Virus record (IMG/VR): IMGVR_UViG_3300030372_002865
Coordinates: 1-46,417 of that record
Direction: 5' to 3' (one strand)
Length of the DNA stretch: 46,417 nt
From: a virus
Lineage: Duplodnaviria; Caudoviricetes
Under the pieces are notes generated by a model. That model searched no databases and had not been told where the DNA came from. It saw nothing but the letters and a program-made list of their open reading frames with translations. This document shows, piece by piece, positions 35,742 through 45,825 of the stretch. The stretch's first letter is position 1; each line of letters begins with the position of its first letter. A program made the translations under genes and the position numbers.

Positions 35742-37903
35742 TATCGCCTACCGTCTGGTCTAATATCTATTCGGGGTGACCCTAAACGCCAACCCACTCC
35801 TGCCCCCGTACTTTCCACTTTTAAAGCAAAAGAACGCCCTCTCAAGCGTAAATGGGTTTGGTTTGTAAACTGTTCTACGGGAGTAGTAGCTGAACGTTCC
35901 GTGGTCCCCGATACGCTTTCGGAGTAATTTGCTCCGGGGAAATCTCTTACTTTAACAGTAAAATCGGCAGAAGGAGTGATTGATTCTGAATTTCTAAACG
36001 TAATGTCAGGTATTAGACGACGTACAAGCGTAAACTGCTCTCCGTCCCCCATATCTATCTGACTACTTTCTATACTTGCTGTGATGGCTGAAGAAGGACT
36101 AGTACTACCGTCATCAAACCCGTCTTCATGGTAATATAAGTACCCATCTGTGCCCGCGGCTATAGGATTTCTATGAACGCCACGATCTTCCCAAGCTGTG
36201 CGTACCATGCTTCCGTTATACCATACTTGCTGCTGGTAGTTATATACAACGTACCTGTCTATAGTAGAGCTATTTTCGGAAGGGTAAAACCACCAGACTT
36301 CTCCAAACGAACTATTATGCCCCGCGGCTATCTTTTCATTCTGTTCGTCATTAAAAGAAGTAAAGACGTAATCGTGAAGCGTACAAGGCATCTGCCTTAC
36401 GTTACCGTCAAACATATAAAACGAATCCCTACCCATCCAGAATACAAACTCGCCCACCGCAACGGCGGCTTTTGGACTTGTTATAGATATACTTTCTGAT
36501 AACGTTTGCAGAGAATAAGGACTTGTGCCCCCCTGATACGTCATTGCGTATGCTGCATTGTCTGTAATAACAAGAATAAGTGTACGGGTTTTGATCGCCG
36601 CAACAATAGCGCTACCTGAAGCTAGTCTAAGTTCCTGTGCCGTTTCTGTGTCCTCTACCTGCCATTTTGTTAAACTTGCTGCTACTGAGGTATTTGAGCT
36701 TGTTCGTATAATTAATGGGTCTTGAGTACCGGGGTTTGCTTCTGTATCACAACCAAAAGCTATAACATGGCCTTGATTTGATACCATAATCTGTTTAGCT
36801 ATCGTGGGGGTAGCTGTAGCGCCACCTTCAGCGCTGAGAAGCGTGGCCCGCGTACCAAGCCCATCGGACCTATCCCAATAGTAAATACCCCCATCTCTAA
36901 TGTTAATAAGCAGGTCTTCTCCAAAATTGTCGTGTGACCACGTTCGTAAAGTTGCTTCTGTAGTAAGGGCAGCAGCTTGTCCCCATCCAACGTAGTCACT
37001 ATCTGTACTTGCATTACCAGCTATTAAAATTACTTTAGCTCCATTAGCATGAGTTGTAGCAGAAGTTCCTTTTTGGGCTCTTGTCACAGTTAGATCATTT
37101 GTAGAAACGTTTGTAACTTTGAGTATTTCACTATCAATAAGTATAAAATCATTAGTCGCTATTTGATGGGTTGGGTTTGAACTTGTAACGGTCAAAGTTG
37201 TATCTGAATTTGAAAACGTACCGCCCTCGTTAATTGTAGTTTCTTTTGCCGTCTCGGTTGTCCCAGACCAAAAGCCCGCGCCCCAACCTGTGCCACCGAC
37301 TTGTGTGTCTAAACCAACACTTACTTGATATTGAGCCTGTACATCGGCCCCTCCATTTTCATCATCCGTAGAACCATCAGCTGCCGTTGGAACCTCTATA
37401 GAATAAGTGCTTGAAGAAAGTCTGGTAATTTGAAAACCTTCCGTTCTTTCTAATATAGCTTTTGTAACATTACCCCCAGAACCTAACCCATCCGCCTGAA
37501 CACCTGAAAATACAACAAAATCGCCTGTTCCCGCAGCATGCCCAGCGTCAGTAACTGTTACTGTAGTGCTTCCATTTGTAGCGGCAAATACCACCGCACT
37601 TGAACCTCCCGCTTGCGTCGCACGAATAGGTGTTATATCAAACAAGCTACCGCCTTCTACAATATAGTATTTGAGGTGCGTAGCTAACCCAAGATATCGA
37701 GACCCATCCAAAGCCACCCAAGCATGTAAGTCTCTTGCCGTTCCCACAAAAGCAGTAGAATTGTATTTTGTCCACCCGCCTATTTTTTCTGCAAAGCCAA
37801 ACCTAAAACGAACTTTGTCGCACTCGCGCCAACCACCTTCATTAGAATAAGAAGAGGCTTCCCTGTCTATTCCCGGTTTAAATTGTAGCTTTGTTAAAGG
37901 CAT
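35741..37903 (-). CDS. Tail tubular/nozzle (head-stabilisation-like) protein
   Basis: Start MPLTKLQFKPGI. Beta-propeller-like W-rich repeats (FWMG, EVWWFYP) and C-terminal WRLG..PDGRR. Confidence 0.75.
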   Translation of the reverse strand: MPLTKLQFKPGIDREASSYSNEGGWRECDKVRFRFGFAEKIGGWTKYNSTAFVGTARDLHAWVALDGSRYLGLATHLKYYIVEGGSLFDITPIRATQAGGSSAVVFAATNGSTTVTVTDAGHAAGTGDFVVFSGVQADGLGSGGNVTKAILERTEGFQITRLSSSTYSIEVPTAADGSTDDENGGADVQAQYQVSVGLDTQVGGTGWGAGFWSGTTETAKETTINEGGTFSNSDTTLTVTSSNPTHQIATNDFILIDSEILKVTNVSTNDLTVTRAQKGTSATTHANGAKVILIAGNASTDSDYVGWGQAAALTTEATLRTWSHDNFGEDLLINIRDGGIYYWDRSDGLGTRATLLSAEGGATATPTIAKQIMVSNQGHVIAFGCDTEANPGTQDPLIIRTSSNTSVAASLTKWQVEDTETAQELRLASGSAIVAAIKTRTLILVITDNAAYAMTYQGGTSPYSLQTLSESISITSPKAAVAVGEFVFWMGRDSFYMFDGNVRQMPCTLHDYVFTSFNDEQNEKIAAGHNSSFGEVWWFYPSENSSTIDRYVVYNYQQQVWYNGSMVRTAWEDRGVHRNPIAAGTDGYLYYHEDGFDDGSTSPSSAITASIESSQIDMGDGEQFTLVRRLIPDITFRNSESITPSADFTVKVRDFPGANYSESVSGTTERSATTPVEQFTNQTHLRLRGRSFALKVESTGAGVGWRLGSPRIDIRPDGRR

Positions 37904-38163
37904 TACACGGCGCTCCACTTATTAAGGGGACAGGCGGTTCCGTTTATACGAACTTTCAAAGGTATTACGCAAAGACATTCTAAACAAATGTTTAGCTTTT
38001 TCTTTATGCAAGAGTTACAAATACTAAGTCTTTCTTCAACAATACTCATTGTAGAAAGTTCTTGGGGATTAAGGTTTTTTTCCAAATCCTCTATAACACC
38101 TTCCGAATAATGTTCAGGGTGTTTTCTAGCTAAGGTTAAATAAATTTCTTTTAGCTTATTCAT
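37903..38163 (-). CDS. Cys-rich DUF6171-like protein
   Basis: RLSICNSC..CLEC.C..K..CPLNKW. ATGA/TAATG coupling at both ends. Confidence 0.7.
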   Translation of the reverse strand: MNKLKEIYLTLARKHPEHYSEGVIEDLEKNLNPQELSTMSIVEERLSICNSCIKKKLNICLECLCVIPLKVRINGTACPLNKWSAV

Positions 38164-39206
38164 GCAGTTCTTTTCCACATGTAAACAACAATATAAGGTT
38201 GAACGTTAGCCACGGCGGTTCCAGAACCAATAGATCCAGTAGAGCCTGAAATGGTGTGCGTGTGCGCTCCAGCGGAATTTGTGTTTGAACTTGCACTACT
38301 ATTTGGGCAACAAGATGGGCCTAATGTTCCATCTCCATCGCCAGATCCGTTAGAATTAGAGTGTGTAATTGAATGCGTGTGCGCTCCAGCACTTGCTGTT
38401 GCTAAGGACCCCGCCGCATGCGTGTGTGCGGGTAGGTTAGCCTCTGCAAGAGTTACTGTCTTAGCCCCGCCAGTTTCTTCGACTGTATCGAAATCCGTGT
38501 CAGAAGCATCAATACCGACAGGAACTTTACCTGCACCAAAAGCCGCCCAAGTACCAAAACCTAGTAAAGTGCCGGGGTTCGTGGACACCGAAGCGTTAGT
38601 GTAAATTGATCCTACGGGATATATGAGCTTCATTATGTTACCAATCGTAACTTGTGCATTTCCCGTTCCTACATCATGCACGAACAATCTGTCCGTAAGA
38701 GCTAAGGTTGGTGTCGTTGCCGCGGTATCCTGATCTAATACGTTAAGTTCTGCCGAAGTCGCGCTGGTTTGCCCCTCGGCAACAAGTTTACTGGATATAT
38801 CAAGAATGTTACCCGACCCATCGCTTGCTATCATAGCAATCTTACCATGTGCTATTGTTACTGTGCCAGACCCTCCTTGAGTAACCGTAATACTTTGCCC
38901 TCCCGTAGTTGCGTTTTCTAAAACCCAAACTTTAGATGTGCTAGAAGGCAGTAAAGTTAGCGTTCTTGTTGTAGATAGTGTTGCACTTCCTGTAACTTTA
39001 TAATAAAAACTTCTTACGGAGTCTGTTGAACCATCGGCTATAGTTGTAGATTTATTTTCATCGGCATCAAAAAGAGCTTCTGTTCCGTAACCTAGAGCTT
39101 CTCCAATAAGTTCTAAATTCTTGTTTGTGGTATCACCCCAAGTTCCCGCCTGTTCTCCTGCGGTAATTTCTTCAAGCCTTAACTCATTTTCATATGTACT
39201 AGCCAT
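38160..39206 (-). CDS. Tail fibre with collar/gp10-like C-terminal domain
   Basis: N-terminal GEQAGTWG, YPVGSIY..NP..LGFGTW, three HxH motifs, QPYIVVYMWKRTA. Confidence 0.85.
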   Translation of the reverse strand: MASTYENELRLEEITAGEQAGTWGDTTNKNLELIGEALGYGTEALFDADENKSTTIADGSTDSVRSFYYKVTGSATLSTTRTLTLLPSSTSKVWVLENATTGGQSITVTQGGSGTVTIAHGKIAMIASDGSGNILDISSKLVAEGQTSATSAELNVLDQDTAATTPTLALTDRLFVHDVGTGNAQVTIGNIMKLIYPVGSIYTNASVSTNPGTLLGFGTWAAFGAGKVPVGIDASDTDFDTVEETGGAKTVTLAEANLPAHTHAAGSLATASAGAHTHSITHSNSNGSGDGDGTLGPSCCPNSSASSNTNSAGAHTHTISGSTGSIGSGTAVANVQPYIVVYMWKRTA

Positions 39207-39215
39207 AACAACTCC

Positions 39216-40220
39216 TTATGCCGCTTTATCTGTCCAAGTCACGGAAGAACTTGGCTCTACTTCTGTATACGACTGACTCACCCCTGTAGTCAAGGTTGTA
39301 TACGATTGACTCACCCCTGAACTTACTTCTGTATAAGACTGGCTCACCCCTGTGGTTATGTTTGTATAAGTTGGAGAGGCTGCAATATTGTCTATAAAGA
39401 ACCCCGGTGGTTGTGACGCCGCTTGCGCTCTTCTTGTTAAACTTCCTTGTACTACAGCTTCTATTGGAGAAGTTTCTGTCCATACGGTTACATTTCCTAA
39501 AGAAATTGTAACAGAAACGCCAAATTCATCATTTAGTTCTCCTGCACTGGTTACAGTGCCCACGGAACCTGTGGCAGAGTTTCCTGTAACCGAAACAGAA
39601 ACAGGTATTCTTACAAGTTCTTCACCAAGGGCAGAGGTTGCTGCAAATCCAGAAACGGAAACGCTAGAGGTTCCAGATACGGTTTCACTTCCAAGGGCAG
39701 ATGTTGCCCCTATATTAACAGGCGAAGTAGAAGAAATTGCAATATTAGCATTTGCACTTACAGTTTCATTATCTAATGTAGTTGTTCCTGCAACACCTGT
39801 AGCAGATACCTCTATAGATGGAACTACAGTTTCATCACCTAATGACGTAGTACCAACATTTGTAGAAGCCGTAACATTTGAACCCCCTGAAACAGCTTCG
39901 CTTCCAAGTGCAGTTGTAGCCCCAAGGTTAACAGGAGAAGTAGAAGAGATTGCAATATCAACACTTGCACTTGCAGTCTCATCCCCTAATGCCGTAGTTC
40001 CTGCTACTCCTGTAACGGCAAAAGTACAAGTACCTGTAACGCTTTCTTCACCAAGCGATGCTGTTCCTGTAAATCCACTAAGACCAGTAACACTTACAGA
40101 AGTGCTAATAGACTCATCACCTGCTACACCAGTTCCATTAACCCCTGTTACATGAACAAGAACAAATCCACCAGATTCAGCAAAAGCTGTTTCTGAAAAG
40201 GATTTGAATGAAAAAGACAT
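39216..40220 (-). CDS. Repetitive S/T/G/V-rich tail protein
   Basis: V.V.G..GT..LG.E repeats. Confidence 0.75.
   Translation of the reverse strand: MSFSFKSFSETAFAESGGFVLVHVTGVNGTGVAGDESISTSVSVTGLSGFTGTASLGEESVTGTCTFAVTGVAGTTALGDETASASVDIAISSTSPVNLGATTALGSEAVSGGSNVTASTNVGTTSLGDETVVPSIEVSATGVAGTTTLDNETVSANANIAISSTSPVNIGATSALGSETVSGTSSVSVSGFAATSALGEELVRIPVSVSVTGNSATGSVGTVTSAGELNDEFGVSVTISLGNVTVWTETSPIEAVVQGSLTRRAQAASQPPGFFIDNIAASPTYTNITTGVSQSYTEVSSGVSQSYTTLTTGVSQSYTEVEPSSSVTWTDKAA
39261..39370. repeat. 33-bp tandem repeat, about 3.3 copies
   Basis: Unit core TGTATA(C/A)GA(C/T)TG(A/G)CTCACCCCTG, encoding an 11-aa GVSQSYT repeat. Confidence 0.85.
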
Positions 40221-40399
40221 TAGTCAGCGTCCTTAATGGTTAGTGTACCTGCTTTGACTTGTTTTAGTATTTCGTCATAATGGCGATTGCCCTCTAAAGT
40301 AGGCACTGACCACTGTTTTCCATCAGCAAGTTCAATAAGTATGTTAGTATTATCTTGTTTGTCTAACATTTTGCCATATTTAGCCGATTTAATATCCAT
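40220..40399 (-). CDS. 59-aa tail-fibre accessory protein (not in ORF track)
   Basis: MDIKSAKY..VPTLEGNRHYDEIL..GTLTIKDAD. AAGGA RBS and TAATG coupling. Confidence 0.7.
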   Translation of the reverse strand: MDIKSAKYGKMLDKQDNTNILIELADGKQWSVPTLEGNRHYDEILKQVKAGTLTIKDAD

Positions 40400-40411
40400 A
40401 CTTTCGTTCCT

Positions 40412-41506
40412 TTATAACTCTGCATCTGCCTCTAGATATGCGTTTTCAGTAGCTCTTGAACCAGACGCATACCCTGCTGTCACTGTTCCACCTCCCCAAC
40501 CTCCAGTCATCCAGCCAAAATCACTAGCGGCTAAGTTATCTATTGTGGCATTTCCTGTATCTGAAGAACCTGTCTGAGAATATTCAAATGTTCCACTTTG
40601 ACCTACTGTAGGTTTTGCTATACGCAAAGGTGCAAGGTATGGTGCTAATAAGCCAAACACTGATGCACTAGCGTATGCTTGTAGAGTTCCAAGATAATGA
40701 TTACTAGCGGCTGTGCCAGTAATTCTTTGATAATATCTTAAACACTTTTTATAAGTAACATCATATGGTTCATGCTCAAATTCCGTAGCCTTCTCGCCAA
40801 TCTCCATTTGCAATCCTGTCATAAAGAATGTTCTATCCGTGCTGTCAAATATAGATGAGCCACCAACTACACGATTAGCCGCAGTTATACTTCCCCAAGA
40901 TGTATTTAAAGTTCCTGATGTATAATTACTTCCTGCGTGTAAATGAAAATACAGACCTAAACTACCTCCGTTATCATCATTAAATGCACCTGATGTATCT
41001 CCTGCAAAAGTTAGTTCTATTCTATTCCAAGATGTAGTCACAGCAAAAGTTTGTGCTATATTTCTAGTGTTATCCCAATCGTATAATTCAAGCACATAAG
41101 TAGCAGAAGCATTACCTTTAACCCAAAAGCTAACAGTTACTGGTTTAGCATCTGACGTACCTTTTTCTAATCTCTGAACGTCTTGCCCTTCAAGTCCAGT
41201 ATAAAATCCAAATTGTTCTCCTGCGGCAACAGACGTATCTGCTGTAGTACAAGCAAACTTCATACAATTTGCAAAACCTGCTGGGCCATCTGATTCTTGT
41301 GTCATTGTTACTCTACCTGCTGTACCTGCTTGAAAACAACCAAATCTATCTACAGTAAAATAACCAGAACTTGCACCAATACCTGTACTTGACGTTCCTC
41401 TCTGTGCCACGTTTTGTGCACCATTTATGATAAAATTCTTTGACCCTAACGAGCTACCTTTGTTTACATTGGCAATTAGTGCCGCTAGTTCTGCCGCTTT
41501 ACTCAT
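40412..41506 (-). CDS. Tail fibre / carbohydrate-binding virion protein
   Basis: KNFIING..VAQRG, DRF, GLQMEIG..AT.FEH, CLRYYQ. Confidence 0.8.
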   Translation of the reverse strand: MSKAAELAALIANVNKGSSLGSKNFIINGAQNVAQRGTSSTGIGASSGYFTVDRFGCFQAGTAGRVTMTQESDGPAGFANCMKFACTTADTSVAAGEQFGFYTGLEGQDVQRLEKGTSDAKPVTVSFWVKGNASATYVLELYDWDNTRNIAQTFAVTTSWNRIELTFAGDTSGAFNDDNGGSLGLYFHLHAGSNYTSGTLNTSWGSITAANRVVGGSSIFDSTDRTFFMTGLQMEIGEKATEFEHEPYDVTYKKCLRYYQRITGTAASNHYLGTLQAYASASVFGLLAPYLAPLRIAKPTVGQSGTFEYSQTGSSDTGNATIDNLAASDFGWMTGGWGGGTVTAGYASGSRATENAYLEADAEL

Positions 41507-41931
41507 GCTAAGTCTCCTACAATAGTAATAGTGTTAAAATATCGGTCACTAGTACCTGCCCCACTAGCACCTACCCAAACAGCAGATGTTTGAATACTTG
41601 AAGTTGCTACTGAGTCATCTTCTCTGGGTTGTATGTTATATTGATAAGCTGTTACAGCACTGGTATGAGCCATTGTTCCTTGAGCGTGATAGCCTTTAGC
41701 TGTAGCCATGTTAGTTGTATAACTTGTGGTTTGGTTTCCTGCTCCATTATCTGTATCACCACTAACATTAAAACTATCTGTAATACTATCATCATTTTTA
41801 TTCCAAATACACCAAGCCTTAGTCAGCCCTTGTTGCAGATTAGTCGTAGTACTACCACCTTCACCTGTGACTGCAATGCTACCTGCTGTGCTAACTCCTG
41901 TGAGTGTATTTACTTTGAGTTCACTTGCCAT
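41503..41931 (-). CDS. Short tail-fibre module, GDLA family
   Basis: GEGGSTTTNLQQGL..AW..SFNV..GDLA. Confidence 0.75.
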   Translation of the reverse strand: MASELKVNTLTGVSTAGSIAVTGEGGSTTTNLQQGLTKAWCIWNKNDDSITDSFNVSGDTDNGAGNQTTSYTTNMATAKGYHAQGTMAHTSAVTAYQYNIQPREDDSVATSSIQTSAVWVGASGAGTSDRYFNTITIVGDLA

Positions 41932-42413
41932 TATGCTAAGTCTCCTACAATAAATATATCGTGGTGCATGTCAGTTTTAGAACCACCATCATCAGTACAC
42001 TCAACTGCCACTACACCTGCTGTATCATTAGAAGTATCTCTAGTTATAGCTCGACCATCCGCAGTACCTCTACCTATTCCTGATTGAGCGTATGAGTTTG
42101 CATTTTCCATATGATTAATCAAGTTATATGAATAAGTTCCTGTTCCGTGGTCTGTCGAACCATCAAAGTTAAAACCATAATTTCTACTAGCGTCATTATC
42201 TGCATTTACCCAAGCCTTACATAAACCGTTTTGTAGATTAGTAGTAGTTGTACCACCTTCCCCAACAATCGTGGTCTGACCTGTAGCGTTCATAGTTAGG
42301 CGAGTAGTGTTAGCAGTCTTGAGAACTATCTGGTCATTAGTAGACAGGTCAATGCCACTATCGTTGTCTCCACCTTCGTTATGTATTTTGTCTACTCTTA
42401 GCTCACTTGTCAT
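41931..42413 (-). CDS. Short tail-fibre module, GDLA family
   Basis: GEGGTTTTNLQNGLCKAW..GDLA. Confidence 0.75.
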   Translation of the reverse strand: MTSELRVDKIHNEGGDNDSGIDLSTNDQIVLKTANTTRLTMNATGQTTIVGEGGTTTTNLQNGLCKAWVNADNDASRNYGFNFDGSTDHGTGTYSYNLINHMENANSYAQSGIGRGTADGRAITRDTSNDTAGVVAVECTDDGGSKTDMHHDIFIVGDLA

Positions 42414-42844
42414 TATGCTAAGTCTCCTGATACCATACTATTCACCGTGTCTTGGTCTGTTAAAGCAGTAGCATTATTTGCATACGCATTAAATCTAATG
42501 GCGGCTGTGCTATGCAAACCATAACTATTAGCTGAATCTCCTGTTGTCACAATAGCTGTATATGAGTTATTAGAACCTTTAGTTGAAGCACACCCTACAG
42601 CACTATAGTTTGCATTACCCATAGGGTTTGTAAAAGGATACTCATATATACCTAAACCTTCATCTGTAATCGTAGACGCATTAAAACTATCTTTATAAGC
42701 AGGAGTTGCCGCAGTTAAATTTACCCACTGTTTAATTAAACCCTGCTGTAGATTAGTTGTTGTACCATTGCCCTCTGCCACCACAGATATACTACCTGCT
42801 GTAGTTCGTCCTGCTATGTTATCTAAGACTAGCTTACTTGTCAT
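42413..42844 (-). CDS. Short tail-fibre module, GDLA family
   Basis: Start MTSKL at 42844. AEGNGTTTNLQQGL..GDLA. Confidence 0.75.
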   Translation of the reverse strand: MTSKLVLDNIAGRTTAGSISVVAEGNGTTTNLQQGLIKQWVNLTAATPAYKDSFNASTITDEGLGIYEYPFTNPMGNANYSAVGCASTKGSNNSYTAIVTTGDSANSYGLHSTAAIRFNAYANNATALTDQDTVNSMVSGDLA

Positions 42845-43305
42845 ACTATACTCCAATGTCCTGCAACAGTCACAGTGCTAGATGAGCCTACTGTAATTGG
42901 TCCTGCTGATAATCCATTTGTGCTACTGCTTATTGTAATGTCTGTGCTGATAGAGTTACCATTTGTTCTGATGATTGAGTTGTTACCTAAGAATGGATAG
43001 CGTGTATCTGAGTCAGTCTTAGAGTAGCTATCAGCTACGTCAAACACATCGTAGACTACCATTTCTACTACGTCATTTGCTGATGCAGAACTAACTAAAA
43101 CCATAGTCGTACCTGTGGTCGCTGTATAGTCCGTTCCACTTTTAAGTAACACCCCATTTTGATAAACGTCCATATACAAACTATCTGAATAGCTGAGTGT
43201 CAAAGCGTTAGCATCACTGCCACTGAATGATGTTTGTCCTGCTGTCGCTTGATATGTGAAGCGACTACGGACTGAGTTCTTTGGTGATTTACCTATATAT
43301 GGCAT
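42841..43305 (-). CDS. Tail-fibre adaptor-like protein
   Basis: MPYIGKSP..ATAGQTSF..DVYQNGVLL..DY. Confidence 0.7.
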   Translation of the reverse strand: MPYIGKSPKNSVRSRFTYQATAGQTSFSGSDANALTLSYSDSLYMDVYQNGVLLKSGTDYTATTGTTMVLVSSASANDVVEMVVYDVFDVADSYSKTDSDTRYPFLGNNSIIRTNGNSISTDITISSSTNGLSAGPITVGSSSTVTVAGHWSIV

Positions 43306-43568
43306 TACTTCTCTCTATCTGCTCTGTTCTTATAATCACTTCTAGCTGTAACCAATGTTACAAAGTCTGCCTGATTACTTGGAATTGGGTCTGTGAAACT
43401 ACTGTCGTTCATTAACTTAGTAGTCCACTCTGACTGCATCCTTTTCCAAGCGTTATTAACCTTACCTGACATAGCAGCCTGTAGCCATGCGTTTAGGTCT
43501 AGCAAATCATTCTTTAATATAGTTTGTTCTGTATCGGTCAACTCAACCGTTAGTGTTAGTTTTGCCAT
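43305..43568 (-). CDS. Tail-fibre accessory protein
   Basis: 87-aa ORF following the C1q gene. Confidence 0.65.
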   Translation of the reverse strand: MAKLTLTVELTDTEQTILKNDLLDLNAWLQAAMSGKVNNAWKRMQSEWTTKLMNDSSFTDPIPSNQADFVTLVTARSDYKNRADREK

Positions 43569-43578
43569 GTGTTTCTCC

Positions 43579-44106
43579 TTAACATACTAGACAGCCTGTA
43601 AAATAAGTATAAGACGCAGAACCATCAATATCAGTTTGTGCAGTACCACCATCTTGATACATAGTTGCATAAGCAGTGTCACTCGCATCCATGTCTGCTA
43701 TCACACTTAATAGTACAAACCAATACACTTGGTCTTGCCCAAAATCAGGGTCAAAAATTGTTCTATACTCTTGGTTGCTTGTTATAATTTTAAAAACATA
43801 ATAATTAGCGGCAGAATCTACATTGTCCAATCTTAAGTTTAAATTTAATTGGTACTTACCAGTTACAGGTGCAGTAAAAGTGTTTGACGCAAAATCAGAA
43901 TTAACATCAAATCTTTCTGTACTCCAAGTTATTGTTGTGTGCGCACCTGTTGATACATTAGATTGGTCTGTACCATTTTTATGAGCAGAAAAGGCAGGTT
44001 GTAATGGCTTGGTCATAATACCATCAGTATCTAATACTAAGGTATTACTACCTGCTAGAGTTGTTTGAGTACCTAGTCCTCGTCCTATAACCTGTGTCAG
44101 TGCCAT
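43579..44106 (-). CDS. C1q-domain tail protein
   Basis: QPAFSA..RFDVNSDF..FTAPVTGKY..FTGCLV. Confidence 0.8.
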   Translation of the reverse strand: MALTQVIGRGLGTQTTLAGSNTLVLDTDGIMTKPLQPAFSAHKNGTDQSNVSTGAHTTITWSTERFDVNSDFASNTFTAPVTGKYQLNLNLRLDNVDSAANYYVFKIITSNQEYRTIFDPDFGQDQVYWFVLLSVIADMDASDTAYATMYQDGGTAQTDIDGSASYTYFTGCLVC

Positions 44107-44116
44107 TTACTTATCC

Positions 44117-44491
44117 TTATGCGTAAGGGCTAGTACCCAATGTGCTTGCATCCCAAGCGGCCTTTAGTTTAGCTATAGTGTCAGCACTATTAATCGCAGA
44201 AGCGGCAGGTGCATCTCTAAGAGCCTTCTTCTTATTAACGCTTGCAGTTTTAGCAGAAGCATCATCAGCTTCCAGTGCTTTCATGTACACTACATCTTCA
44301 GCCTCAAGCAGAGGTTTACGAACTTCTCTAATCTTGTCTTTAAAGATTTCTTTTGCTTTGGTCATATCCTCAGAGATAGTAGAACCACTAAGTTTCCAAG
44401 CACCCCTGAAGTGTCTATCAGATGGTTTGCTTACAGCAGATGCATCAACAGTCTTACCATCCATGTCAGTTATATAAGTTTTAGTTGCCAT
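44117..44491 (-). CDS. Tail-fibre assembly-like protein
   Basis: RHFRGAW..KIREVRKPLL..KKALRDAP. Confidence 0.7.
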   Translation of the reverse strand: MATKTYITDMDGKTVDASAVSKPSDRHFRGAWKLSGSTISEDMTKAKEIFKDKIREVRKPLLEAEDVVYMKALEADDASAKTASVNKKKALRDAPAASAINSADTIAKLKAAWDASTLGTSPYA

Positions 44492-44503
44492 AATAATACT
44501 CCT

Positions 44504-44992
44504 TTATGCGGCTTCGGTTTTATCTACAGTGAGTTCATCACTTATTTGCCAAGCGTTTCTCCATTCCCTAGATGCAGGGAGTTGTGACTTTTGGCAAATT
44601 ACTAAGCGTGGCTTATTGGATTTATCCCAATCACGCCAAACGTGTTCGGGTATATCCTTCATTATTAAATACTCTATTGCTTCTTCTTCAGTCATAGCGT
44701 CAATAGGTTTCATATTATGTAGAAGCTCTGGACCTCGTGTATGCTTTACAAAATCAGGCTTGTTCTCATCCTTCTTCAGTTCCCAATAGGATTGCACTGG
44801 TGGTAGTATCCCACCCTGTAATGCACAGGCCATCCAGTTTGGGTCTGGGTGTGTAACTTTAGCAGGATTTTCCATATCGTTAGGGTCTTCCCACACTACA
44901 CAGTACTCGCTTCTGTAAGGCTCTAGCTTTTCCTTTGCCCAACATAGACGCTCCCATAAGTGTGTGCCTTGAAATTCTGGTGTTTCTATCAT
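44504..44992 (-). CDS. Conserved phage hypothetical protein (tail region)
   Basis: Start MIETPEF by ATGA overlap. EEAIEYLIMKDIP..LP..REWRNAW. Confidence 0.7.
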   Translation of the reverse strand: MIETPEFQGTHLWERLCWAKEKLEPYRSEYCVVWEDPNDMENPAKVTHPDPNWMACALQGGILPPVQSYWELKKDENKPDFVKHTRGPELLHNMKPIDAMTEEEAIEYLIMKDIPEHVWRDWDKSNKPRLVICQKSQLPASREWRNAWQISDELTVDKTEAA

Positions 44993-45405
44993 GCTAATGC
45001 TCCTACACACATAAAAGAAGTAAATACTCCATCATCAAAGCTGTCTCCATTATCTATACCTTGTAATCGTAAATTAGCCGCTGACCTAGTATAAGACCTG
45101 CTATAATATAAAGAGACATAACCTATTGTACCATCTTCGGTAGACATACCACTAGCACTGTAATATTCATTATTAAAAGCATTAGTCCAAGTATAAGTAA
45201 TATCTCCTGTGCCGTTATCGGTTAAAGTAGCAATATTAAAACTATCATTCATACTTGCTGTTGTAGGACTATCCCCTGAATGATGTCCGTATGCTTTAAT
45301 TGAACCATTATAAAGATAACTAGTATCTAGTGACTTCTCAGTGCCAGTATTTACTTGGTCAGACGTTGTGAGCGTGTCAAATGCTATTGTTCCATGTGCT
45401 ACCAT
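44989..45405 (-). CDS. Short tail-fibre module, divergent GDLA family (ends GALA)
   Basis: G..KAY..DSFNIATLTDNGTG..GALA. Confidence 0.7.
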   Translation of the reverse strand: MVAHGTIAFDTLTTSDQVNTGTEKSLDTSYLYNGSIKAYGHHSGDSPTTASMNDSFNIATLTDNGTGDITYTWTNAFNNEYYSASGMSTEDGTIGYVSLYYSRSYTRSAANLRLQGIDNGDSFDDGVFTSFMCVGALA

Positions 45406-45818
45406 TATGCTAAGTCTCCGAATATTCCAACTAGGTTTTGGTATGAATCAAAATTAGTAGAAGTGTAAGCATTTTGACTACAAGAACCTGTCGCAAAACT
45501 TCCAAAACCACCAGTAAATGCGTTACCAAAGTTATCGTAGCCAGTTCCTGTTGACGCACTTGTATAGTAGTATCCGCTATAATTAGCATTACCCATATCA
45601 TTGTTAATGTTTACTGTTGTTTTACCTGTTGCTACGTCTGTTAAAGAACTAACATTAAAACTATCACGAGATGCAGTAGTAGATATGCCTGTGTAGTTTA
45701 CCCACATCTTAGCCAATCCCTGTTGCATATTCGTAGTTGTAGAACCACCTTCGCCTGTCACCACGATAGACCCTGCGGAGGTTTTGCCTGTTAGTGTGTT
45801 TAATAAGAGGGTGCTCAT
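45405..45818 (-). CDS. Short tail-fibre module, GDLA family
   Basis: GEGGSTTTNMQQGLAKMW..DSFNVSSLTD..GDLA. Confidence 0.75.
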   Translation of the reverse strand: MSTLLLNTLTGKTSAGSIVVTGEGGSTTTNMQQGLAKMWVNYTGISTTASRDSFNVSSLTDVATGKTTVNINNDMGNANYSGYYYTSASTGTGYDNFGNAFTGGFGSFATGSCSQNAYTSTNFDSYQNLVGIFGDLA

Positions 45819-45825
45819 GTTTATC

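Noticed and set aside
39388-40155. 255-aa plus-strand ORF and similar antisense ORFs over polA and the structural genes
   Set aside because: They mirror the real genes' codon bias and have no evident RBS or recognisable motifs.
41503-45818. Diversity-generating retroelement or shufflon behind the tail-module array
   Set aside because: No reverse transcriptase, template/variable repeat pair or invertase is seen, and all modules are co-oriented.
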